Assembly: GCA_021815445.1 (NCBI GenBank)
Contig: JAKAGM010000001.1
Coordinates: 659,710 to 723,709 of the forward strand
From: a bacterium
Lineage (GTDB): Bacteria > Patescibacteriota > Patescibacteriia > UBA10025
Length of the DNA: 64,000 nucleotides
Direction: 5' to 3'
Of this stretch, positions 49,722 through 57,177 are shown piece after piece. The notes below the pieces were generated by a model. It was not told the origin of the DNA. It was given only the letters and a program-made list of their open reading frames with translations, and searched no databases. How positions within the stretch are numbered: the first letter of the stretch is position 1; every line of letters starts with the position of its first letter. A program made the position numbers and the translations under genes.

Positions 49722-49798
49722 AGCCCGAACCCGCTGAGGGTTGACAGACCTACGCAGAAGAAGTACACTCCTCTATCCATGAATAACCACAACATGAG

Positions 49799-50773
49799 AT
49801 GACGGAGTTTCTTCCCTTATTTCAAAGCATCAAAAACCACCTTAAAGGAGCAGAACGTGTGCTTATCATAGCCCACCAAAAGCCCGACGGTGACGCGCTG
49901 GGTGCGGCATTGGCCCTTTCGCATTACCTTGATTACCTGAAGATACCGCACGTCTGTTTCTGCAAAGATCAGGTACCCCAACAGTTCTTTTTTATGCCGT
50001 CAGTCGGGAGGTTTACTCATGACCACGAGGCCGCGCGACGCGACAGTTTTGACGTGATATGTGTCGTGGATTCCGGAGACCTGGTGTATGCCGGCGCGGA
50101 AGAACTCGTTAATACCCACTCGGCCCGAAACGCCGTCATTTTAAATATCGACCATCACCCGACGAATACGAATTTTGGCCATTGTAACCTGGTCCACGAT
50201 ACGGCATCCTCAACATCTGAAATTATTTTCCACTTCCTTGACCATCAGCGCTACCCGATATCCCAGGAAACGGCTACTTGCCTTCTGACGGGTATTCTCA
50301 CTGATACTGGGATTTTTTCCAACCTTGCGACAACCCCGTCATCTCTGGAGGTTGCCTCGCGGCTCTTTGCATACGGCGCCCGGGTCAAAGACATCATGCG
50401 TTATACGATGCGCAACATGTCATTGGTGAACCTCCAGCTGTGGGGCAGGGCGCTCTCCCGGCTCAAAGAAGACGCGGAATCCGGCATCGTAACTACAGTG
50501 ATCACCAGGGCTGATTTTGACGAACTCGGTATCACGGAAGACGGTACTGAAGGAATAGCGAATTTCCTGAATAATCTCGGCCAGGCGCGAATGGTGATGG
50601 TGCTCAAAGAGTTCGAGCAGGGCAAGATCAAGGCCTCTTTGAGGACGACGCACGCCGATGTAGACGTCTCGAAGCTAGCCCAGGCATTCGGCGGAGGAGG
50701 GCATAAAAAAGCCGCGGGATTCACCATTGAGGGCGCGCTCAAAGAGACTGAGACCGGCTGGGAAGTAGTCTAG
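49799..50773 (+). CDS. nrnA: DHH/DHHA1 phosphoesterase (NrnA-like oligoribonuclease/pAp phosphatase)
   Basis: AHQKPDGDALGAALAL (DHH motif I), DHH (NIDHHPTN), C-terminal GGGH (AQAFGGGGHKKAAG). Confidence 0.8.
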   Translation: MTEFLPLFQSIKNHLKGAERVLIIAHQKPDGDALGAALALSHYLDYLKIPHVCFCKDQVPQQFFFMPSVGRFTHDHEAARRDSFDVICVVDSGDLVYAGAEELVNTHSARNAVILNIDHHPTNTNFGHCNLVHDTASSTSEIIFHFLDHQRYPISQETATCLLTGILTDTGIFSNLATTPSSLEVASRLFAYGARVKDIMRYTMRNMSLVNLQLWGRALSRLKEDAESGIVTTVITRADFDELGITEDGTEGIANFLNNLGQARMVMVLKEFEQGKIKASLRTTHADVDVSKLAQAFGGGGHKKAAGFTIEGALKETETGWEVV

Positions 50774-50839
50774 CGCACTTGACGACCGTTGCGGGAGAGC
50801 ACTATCATCAAAGGCGCGCTCTATATAAACCCTAAACCT

Positions 50840-51436
50840 ATGAATGAGACATCATCAATGTATCTAATCCCCACGGTGATTGAAAAATCCCAGTTTGGCG
50901 AGCGGGCTTATGACATCTATTCCCGCCTTTTAAAGGATCGAATTATCTTCCTTGGAAGCCCGATAGACGACGGTGTCGCCAACACCGTCATCGCCCAGCT
51001 GCTTCTGCTTGATTCCCAGGACAAAAACAAGGACATTAAACTCTACATCAACTCTCCCGGCGGTTCTGTCACCGCGGGAATGGCAATCTACGACACGATG
51101 CAGTACGTGAAATCTGATGTCATCACCATTTGCATCGGCCTCGCCGCGTCGATGGCCGCGACATTGCTTGCTTCTGGGGCAAAGGGCAAGCGTTTTGTCC
51201 TCCCAAACTCCGAGGTGATGATCCATCAGGTCATGGGGGGCGCCGAGGGCCAGGCGACAGACATTAAGATCCGAGCTGAACATATTTTGAAGATACGCGA
51301 CCGCCTCAACCAGATCCTCGCCAAACATACAGGCCAATCCATTAAGAAAATTGAAGTAGACACGGACAGGGACTTTTTTATGTCGGCTGATGAAGCGAAA
51401 AAATACGGCATTGTAGACAAGATTATCCAACAATAA
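50840..51436 (+). CDS. clpP: ATP-dependent Clp protease proteolytic subunit
   Basis: [32 protein letters not shown] plus catalytic Ser/His regions ([15 protein letters not shown]). Start taken at MNETSS (50840), not the longer track ORF. Confidence 0.9.
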   Translation: MNETSSMYLIPTVIEKSQFGERAYDIYSRLLKDRIIFLGSPIDDGVANTVIAQLLLLDSQDKNKDIKLYINSPGGSVTAGMAIYDTMQYVKSDVITICIGLAASMAATLLASGAKGKRFVLPNSEVMIHQVMGGAEGQATDIKIRAEHILKIRDRLNQILAKHTGQSIKKIEVDTDRDFFMSADEAKKYGIVDKIIQQ

Positions 51437-51598
51437 TACTGCGGAATAAAAAATACACTACCCCGCAGCTCTTGCTGGTGGTTCCTGTTTGGCTGTCTTA
51501 AACACAACTGGTTTTAAATAATACTGGAATAGCTTTTTCCCCATGCGCGGCGCACTGCCTGAGGCCGGCGACGGAACAAGGATATAAACCAAACGGCC

Positions 51599-51674
51599 GA
51601 GTTTGCGCCGCGACGTCCTTTCTTTTCTCTCCACTTTTCTTTGGACGAGCAAAGAAAAGTGGAGCCTCCGGAGG
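51599..51674 (+). repeat. intergenic repeat element, copy 1 (perfect 15-bp-stem hairpin CTCCACTTTTCTTTG/gacgag/CAAAGAAAAGTGGAG followed by CCTCCGGAGG)
   Basis: Stem 51629-51643 and 51650-51664 are exact reverse complements. Whole ~75-bp block recurs at 61060-61192. Confidence 0.6.
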
Positions 51675-51869
51675 AAAACATTGGTTGGGAAAGAGTGGAT
51701 TGGGCACATAACGTAATCACCTCCTTTTTTCTAAAAATCGGGCGCTTATTTAGCGTACAACCTCCACCCCAATCGAACACGCCCGTCATAAAAGCATGGT
51801 TTTTACAGGGATTGAAGAACCATTAAATCAAAAACTTTTTGTTATTCATCGAAGTTCAAGGCCCTTCCC

Positions 51870-51898
51870 TTGCGTTCGGCGGACACATGTGTTACACT
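51870..51898 (+). promoter_or_regulatory. candidate promoter for rny (TTGCGT-17-TACACT with TG extension)
   Basis: Spacing read from the sequence. About 55 bp upstream of the rny ATG. Confidence 0.3.
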
Positions 51899-51952
51899 GT
51901 TATAGACTCAATTTTTTCTAACCCATGAGTCGTATGATAGAAACTTCAACCT

Positions 51953-53488
51953 ATGTCACCCGAAAATTTTATCTGGGTCATTTTGACCTTCGTGGGGTTA
52001 CCCGGAGGTATGATTGTTGGGTATTTCGCCCGAAAAGTCTGGGCAGCCAAACAAATCAATACCGCCGAGGCTAGACTCCAACAGCTCACCCAAGAAACAA
52101 AAAATAAGCAAAAAGAAATCCTCCTGCACGCCAAAGAGCAGGCTGTTCAGGTTGTCGAAGATGCGAAGCGGGAAGAGCAGGAGCGTCGCAGGGAAATCAC
52201 GTCTTTGCAGTCACGCCTTGAGAAGCGTGAAACGCTCTTTGACCAGAAGCTCATAGATCTGGAAAATCGCCAGCAAAGGCTGCAGGACAAGGCGCAGGAG
52301 ATAGATGGGATTAAAAAAGAGATAGGAGTCATTAAGGAAAAACAAATAGAAAAGCTCCAGAAAGTAGCCGAGTTGAGCCGTGAAGAAGCGCAGAAAGTAT
52401 TGATAGAAAACGTCGAAACAAGCGTCAAGGATGATCTCGTGCTCCGAGTGAAACGGATTGAAAAAGAGGGCTCTGAAGCATATGAAAAGAAGGCGCGCGA
52501 ACTGATCAGCACTGCCATGCAGCGCTGGGCGTCGTCGCATGCCGCTGAAACGACAACTACAGTCGTCACGCTCCCGTCTGATGAAATGAAGGGACGCATT
52601 ATCGGCCGTGAAGGGCGTAATATCAAAACTATCGAACAGCTTACCGGAGTCGAAATTATTGTTGACGACACACCGGAATCAATCTTGGTATCCGGTTTTA
52701 GCCCTATCCGCCGCCATCTGGCAAAACGCGCTCTCGAGAAGCTCATCCAGGACGGCAGAATCCACCCGGGAAGGATAGAAGAGGCCATAGACCAGGCAAA
52801 AAAAGAGCTCGCGCGCGATATCAGGGAAGCGGGCGAAGAAGCGGCGTATGAGGTGGGAGTTCCTGGCCTGGATCCTAAACTTCTCCAAATACTCGGCCGC
52901 TTAAAATACCGCACCAGTTACGGCCAAAACCAGCTTCGGCACTCGATAGAAGTCGCCAACCTGGCCACAATGATTGCCGAGGAGCTCGGCGCGAATGTCG
53001 CTGTGGCGAAAAAAGGCGGCCTTTTCCATGATATCGGCAAAGCTGTCGACCATGAGATACAGGGCTCTCACACGGAAATCGGCTATGACATTTTGAAACG
53101 CAAATTTAACTTTCCCGAAGAGATTGCCTACATCTGCATCGGCCACCATGAGGATGCGCCCAAGACCCTTGAGGCTATAATCGTTAAAGTTGCTGACGCG
53201 ATCTCAGGGGCGCGACCAGGCGCACGCAAAGACACGTACGAACAATATGTACAGCGCCTCGAAGAGCTTGAAACTATTGCAAAGAGCTTCGAAGGCGTAG
53301 AGAAAACGTACGCGATCCAGGCAGGCCGCGAGGTGCGCGTCTTCGTTACCCCCGACAAAATTGATGACTGGGGCGCCGTTAAACTGGCTAAATCTGTGGC
53401 TGAAAAGATACAGCAGGAGCTGAAATACCCGGGGGAAATCAAGGTAACGGTCATTAGAGAAAAACGCGTCGTCGAATACGCCAGGTAA
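51953..53488 (+). CDS. rny: ribonuclease Y
   Basis: N-terminal TM, long coiled coil, KH domain (GRIIGREGRNIKTIEQLTGV), HD domain (HSIEVANLA...FHDIGK...HH). Confidence 0.9.
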   Translation: MSPENFIWVILTFVGLPGGMIVGYFARKVWAAKQINTAEARLQQLTQETKNKQKEILLHAKEQAVQVVEDAKREEQERRREITSLQSRLEKRETLFDQKLIDLENRQQRLQDKAQEIDGIKKEIGVIKEKQIEKLQKVAELSREEAQKVLIENVETSVKDDLVLRVKRIEKEGSEAYEKKARELISTAMQRWASSHAAETTTTVVTLPSDEMKGRIIGREGRNIKTIEQLTGVEIIVDDTPESILVSGFSPIRRHLAKRALEKLIQDGRIHPGRIEEAIDQAKKELARDIREAGEEAAYEVGVPGLDPKLLQILGRLKYRTSYGQNQLRHSIEVANLATMIAEELGANVAVAKKGGLFHDIGKAVDHEIQGSHTEIGYDILKRKFNFPEEIAYICIGHHEDAPKTLEAIIVKVADAISGARPGARKDTYEQYVQRLEELETIAKSFEGVEKTYAIQAGREVRVFVTPDKIDDWGAVKLAKSVAEKIQQELKYPGEIKVTVIREKRVVEYAR

Positions 53489-53503
53489 GTGGAACGCTTG
53501 CCC

Positions 53504-54298
53504 ATGAACATTCTCTTTATCGGCGACATTGTCGGCAAATCAGGCCGAAGGACTGTCGCGAAAATCCTTCCTGACCTGCGAAAGGAGCTTGACGCGGACC
53601 TCGTCATCGCCAATGTCGAGAACATTGCGCATGGTACCGGCATCACTAAAAGTACGCTTGAAGAGATGAAGTCGGCCGGGGTTGACGCGTTCACTTCGGG
53701 CAACCATGTTTGGGCAAAGCCCGAGGTTTTGGATATCTTTGCGGAAAAAAATTACCAGCTTATCCGCCCGGCAAACTTTCCTGAAGGGTCTCCCGGCACA
53801 GGATCATTGACGCTCCGTGTAGGGGCCAGAACACTCCTCCTGGTGAACCTGCAAGGAAGAGTCTTTATGACGCAGGATTTGACCGACCCCTTTCGCGGTC
53901 TCGATGGGATATTGGCGGAATATAAAGCAAAAAAGCCCGATGCGGTCATTGTGGATCTGCACGCTGAGGCCACGTCCGAGAAGGTTGCTTTTGGCTTTTG
54001 GGCCGACAGCCGGGTCGCGGCAGTCGTCGGCACCCACACGCATGTCGGCACGGCTGACGCGAAAATCCTGCCCCAAGGCACTGCCTATGTCACCGACATC
54101 GGCATGGTGGGCCCCAGAGATTCAGTAATCGGAGTGGATAAGGATGTTATTATCAAGCAATTCCTTACTCAACAGCCCTCCCGGCACGAGATCCCCGATG
54201 GGGGAGTACAAACATTTAACGCCGTGCTGATAAAGATAGACCCGGCGAAGCATCTCGCAACAAGTATTGAGCGTATTGATAGGGAAACGGAAATATAA
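53504..54298 (+). CDS. ymdB: YmdB-family metallophosphoesterase (2',3'-cyclic-nucleotide phosphodiesterase)
   Basis: MNILFIGDIVGKSGRR matches the YmdB N-terminus, plus ANVENIAHG, GNHVW and GTHTH metal-binding motifs. Conserved rny-ymdB pairing. A GTG start at 53489 is also possible. Confidence 0.85.
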   Translation: MNILFIGDIVGKSGRRTVAKILPDLRKELDADLVIANVENIAHGTGITKSTLEEMKSAGVDAFTSGNHVWAKPEVLDIFAEKNYQLIRPANFPEGSPGTGSLTLRVGARTLLLVNLQGRVFMTQDLTDPFRGLDGILAEYKAKKPDAVIVDLHAEATSEKVAFGFWADSRVAAVVGTHTHVGTADAKILPQGTAYVTDIGMVGPRDSVIGVDKDVIIKQFLTQQPSRHEIPDGGVQTFNAVLIKIDPAKHLATSIERIDRETEI

Positions 54299-54338
54299 TA
54301 TACTAGAGACTGCTAAAAAACTATAACCTCTTATACCT

Positions 54339-54620
54339 ATGAATAAAGCGGAACTCATCGACGCAATAGCTACTAAAACAGGTGTAGCCAAAAAACAGGC
54401 TGAGGATATGCTCGAGGCCTTCACGGAGATTGTCACTGCGACGCTCAAAAGCAAGGGCGAAGTGACGCTCACCGGCTTCGGGACATTTATGTCCAAAGAG
54501 CGTTCAGCACGAACTGGAGTAAACCCCCAGAATCCAACTGAGAAGATACAGATTGCCGCCGTTACCATCCCTAAGTTCAAGTCTGGGAAAGCCCTCAAGG
54601 ACGCGCTTAAGGGGATTTAA
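54339..54620 (+). CDS. hup: HU-family DNA-binding protein
   Basis: MNKAELIDAIATKTG...GFGTF...RTGVNPQ... 93-aa HU/IHF fold. Confidence 0.85.
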   Translation: MNKAELIDAIATKTGVAKKQAEDMLEAFTEIVTATLKSKGEVTLTGFGTFMSKERSARTGVNPQNPTEKIQIAAVTIPKFKSGKALKDALKGI

Positions 54621-54642
54621 TAACATCATACACTAAGAAGAT

Positions 54643-54666
54643 GGGATCACCCGATCCCATTTTTTA
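54643..54666 (+). terminator. rho-independent terminator after hup
   Basis: GGGATC-accc-GATCCC followed by ATTTTTT. Confidence 0.6.
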
Positions 54667-54790
54667 GTTTTAGAAACACCCTTGACGACCCCCTACCCTG
54701 TCATGGTAAGGTTGCAAACCGAAATCTCTTTTTGCACTTTCAACCCGCCTTATCCTTGATTGGATAAGGACAATCCGGAGGGAGTAGTCT

Positions 54791-55132
54791 ATGTTCACGT
54801 TGTTTCCGAAGTATCTCAACGTCGGATCGCGGGGCCCAGCCGTCCTTTGGTTACAGCAGTTGCTGTATGCTCTGGATTTCTGTGCTGATTGCCTCCCTTG
54901 TGATGGTGAGTACGACACTGTCACTGCCAAGAACGTTGAGATGCTACAGCGTTTGCTCGGAGTCACCCCCGATGGCAACTTCGGCCCAGAGACCCGTGCC
55001 GCCCTGAAGGCACACATGAAAATCGATGTTGAGGCGATTCACTTCGCAGCAACTTTCTACATCGCACCCAACGGCCCCGGAGTTCATCCGGCCATGCCCG
55101 AGGGAGATCACGTTAACTCAAGCGGCGAATAA
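54791..55132 (+). CDS. small peptidoglycan-binding-domain (PG_binding_1-like) protein
   Basis: GSRGPAVLWLQQLL...LGVTPDGNFGPETRAALKA matches the PG-binding repeat. GGAGGG RBS. No signal peptide. Confidence 0.65.
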   Translation: MFTLFPKYLNVGSRGPAVLWLQQLLYALDFCADCLPCDGEYDTVTAKNVEMLQRLLGVTPDGNFGPETRAALKAHMKIDVEAIHFAATFYIAPNGPGVHPAMPEGDHVNSSGE

Positions 55133-55154
55133 CCGTTCCCCCGTCCTTCCTACC

Positions 55155-55202
55155 GGCCACCCCAAACACATCCACGCGGTGTACATGGGGTGGCCGTTTT
55201 TC
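55155..55202 (+). terminator. rho-independent terminator
   Basis: GGCCACCCC...GGGGTGGCC 9-bp stem followed by GTTTTTC. Confidence 0.55.
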
Positions 55203-55322
55203 TTATGTAATGTAAATTACTTTGGCGAACTGCGGCCTAGTGGAGGACGGCGAAATCATGTCATGAAAAACGAACACGGGTGAGGGGGGGTATCCTGAGT
55301 TGATACTGAAACTTCGGATCGA

Positions 55323-56177
55323 CTATTGACGGCGTACGCTGTACGGCGTACGCACGCAAGTATCAAGTTTGCGATGCACATATGACACCATCGTGAGAAG
55401 ATCAATCGCATCCCTTTCCTCAAGCTTCCAGACTATTTTTGGCGCATGTGCGTGGGGATTTCGGAAGGCTCCAAAAATGCCTTTGAGTAGGTTTACGAAG
55501 CCTTTCTGTTCCGACTGCTCACTTTCCAATTCAAGCCTGTTTAGAGCGAGAAGGGGCTGATTTATCGAGAACGCCTCATCGAACAATGTTGCCCCGTCGG
55601 TACTCAGGCCAGTCATAGACCTGATCCGTTCCGTGATACCCTTCGCGGCTTCCAAGACAGCATGGAAGTAATTGTTCTGGATCAGTTCTGAGCGGCAGTA
55701 CTTTAGTACTTCCGCATGTACTTCTCTACCTTGCAATTTGTAACGTAGGGATTTGGCTTTTTCTTCGGCTTCCTCCAGCGTGGCCGCCTTGGGTATTTGG
55801 CTAAATCGGCCATGCTTACCGAGCGACAGTCCGTAAAACGATAACACTTTGTTGAGATCGGATCGCGACGCTTCGAAAAATTCAGGATTTCCCACAAAGC
55901 GAACGGGATCCATGACAACCATAATGAACCGGCAGACTGCATTCGCGCAATGGTCTGAAAGCTGCTGCGCAACAAGCGTGGATCGTATTCTTCTCCACTT
56001 GGTGCTAGATTCAGCCTCTTGCTCCACAATCTTGCACTGAGTCAACAAGGGTCCAATCTCGGCGCCGGTCACAGCCTCGCCGAGGACTCTAGCGATCTGC
56101 TCAATAGCGGATGTGGGAAAGGATGGTATCGTCGACCCCATGATGTTTTTGCGAAAGAGAAATGGCGAAGTAGTCAA
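55323..56177 (-). CDS. HEPN-like (Rx4H motif) Abi/TIGR02391-like protein
   Basis: 284 aa, alpha-helical. C-terminal FRNPHAHAP contains an R-x4-H HEPN-type motif. Flanked by a tRNA island and strong terminators. Assignment rests on the motif and overall similarity recalled for abortive-infection HEPN families. Confidence 0.5.
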   Translation of the reverse strand: MTTSPFLFRKNIMGSTIPSFPTSAIEQIARVLGEAVTGAEIGPLLTQCKIVEQEAESSTKWRRIRSTLVAQQLSDHCANAVCRFIMVVMDPVRFVGNPEFFEASRSDLNKVLSFYGLSLGKHGRFSQIPKAATLEEAEEKAKSLRYKLQGREVHAEVLKYCRSELIQNNYFHAVLEAAKGITERIRSMTGLSTDGATLFDEAFSINQPLLALNRLELESEQSEQKGFVNLLKGIFGAFRNPHAHAPKIVWKLEERDAIDLLTMVSYVHRKLDTCVRTPYSVRRQ

Positions 56178-56193
56178 TACTCTTCCTGCCCCA

Positions 56194-56265
56194 TGGGTCG
56201 TGGAGGACTCGAACCTCCAACCTTAGGCTTAAGAGGCCTCTGCTCTACCATTGAGCTAACGACCC
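56194..56265 (-). tRNA. tRNA-Lys(CTT)
   Basis: Acceptor GGGTCGT/ACGACCC. D-arm GCTC-AATGGTA-GAGC. Anticodon stem (G)AGGC/GCCT(A), loop CTCTTAA. T-arm GGAGG-TTCGAGT-CCTCC. Flanks CTGCCCCA/TGGGGCAG could extend the acceptor helix by 8 bp. Confidence 0.85.
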
Positions 56266-56304
56266 ATGGGGCAGGAAGAAATATCACCGACTCAGAGACT
56301 GTAA

Positions 56305-56562
56305 TTAATTAGGATTGTTGCCTTGAATGATTTTCTTAATACTATTATGTTTCTTGAGTGATTTCAAGTACCGCTCTCGCAAGTAAGCTTGCTGTATTGT
56401 ATCAAATTCTTCGATATGAGCTAGCCTCCATGGACGACGCGATTTTGTTGAGAGAGAGTAACCTGCCTGGTGTTCTCGAAAACGCCGCTTCGGGTTGTTT
56501 GAAACACCAATATAATAGGAACCATCATTCTGGCTCTCCAAAACGTACAAATAATGTTTCAT
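56305..56562 (-). CDS. small GIY-YIG nuclease-domain protein
   Basis: MKHYLYVLESQNDGSYYIGVSNNPKRRFREHQAG matches the GIY-x10-YIG...R...E pattern. About 86 aa from MKHY. The longer track ORF extends through an upstream hairpin region. Confidence 0.7.
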   Translation of the reverse strand: MKHYLYVLESQNDGSYYIGVSNNPKRRFREHQAGYSLSTKSRRPWRLAHIEEFDTIQQAYLRERYLKSLKKHNSIKKIIQGNNPN

Positions 56563-56630
56563 ATCAACCTTGGGTCCCGGCCCCGCTTCCGGCGGGGCCG
56601 AGGATCCTCGATGCCGGAACGGCATCGGGA

Positions 56631-56701
56631 CTTAAGAGGCCCCTGCTCTACCATTGAGCTAACGACCCATGGCACAGGAAGAAATATCACCGACCGGCAC
56701 A
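56631..56701 (-). pseudogene. diverged duplicate of the tRNA-Lys(CTT) 5' half (positions 1-38) plus its upstream flank
   Basis: About 63-71-nt block near-identical to 56228-56292 (3 mismatches). Contains acceptor 5' strand, D-arm, and an anticodon stem-loop with compensatory stem (GGGGC/GTCCC). No T-arm or 3' acceptor strand follows. Instead hairpins GATGCCG-ttc-CGGCATC and GGCCCCGC-cggaa-GCGGGGCC follow. Confidence 0.5.
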
Positions 56702-56770
56702 TAGCAACGAAATGGCTCGTGTAGAATGATTGTTGTATAAAAAAACTTCTTCGTCAAGGAATGACTACTT

Positions 56771-56791
56771 GCGCCCGGAGGGAGTCGAGTC
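56771..56791 (-). repeat. 21-nt duplicate of the 3' end of tRNA-Arg(TCG) (att-site-like scar)
   Basis: TCGACTCCCTCCGGGCGCAAG on the minus strand is identical to the 3' T-arm/acceptor end of the tRNA at 56923-56995, 130 bp upstream. Confidence 0.5.
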
Positions 56792-56922
56792 CTGGGCAGC
56801 GCCAGATGCTTCGCTTGCTCGCATCTGTCGACGCTCACTTCGTTTCGCTTCTGCCCTTCGACTCCTCGGCTATTTGGAAAGAGAAACCTTTAAGAAACAG
56901 TAAAGTAGCTATGAGCAATTCT

Positions 56923-56995
56923 TGCGCCCGGAGGGAGTCGAACCCCCAACCCCATGGTCCGAAGCCATGTACTCTATCCATTGAGCTACGGGCGC
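56923..56995 (-). tRNA. tRNA-Arg(TCG)
   Basis: Acceptor GCGCCCG/CGGGCGC. Anticodon stem CATGG/CCATG, loop CTTCGGA. T-arm GGGGG-TTCGACT-CCCTC. Confidence 0.8.
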
Positions 56996-57177
56996 ATAAC
57001 TGAAACTGCCGCCATAGTGTAACAATCATCGTACCAAATTTCAAGCTTTAATCTGCTAGAATAATCTTCCAGTCAAACTTTGCGGAACATCACCCCTGCC
57101 TTATCCACATGCTTCGTTATCGCTAAGCTTTGTGGTATACTTTCACCTGTTATTATTTTTTTCACATTGAGAACTCT

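Noticed and set aside
52147-52914. 255-aa minus-strand ORF inside rny
   Set aside because: Antisense to a well-supported RNase Y gene. Ser/Arg-rich noise.
55301-55368. Inverted repeat TTGATACT...AGTATCAA with internal GCGTACGC palindromes at the HEPN gene 3' end
   Set aside because: Largely inside the coding sequence (encodes RTPYSVRRQ). The symmetry is likely coincidental or at most a weak terminator.
56305-56701. Classical group I intron interrupting tRNA-Lys
   Set aside because: The downstream tRNA copy is complete on its own. Too little non-ORF sequence (about 40 nt after the GIY-YIG ORF) to hold a P3-P9 catalytic core. Needs Infernal to exclude formally.
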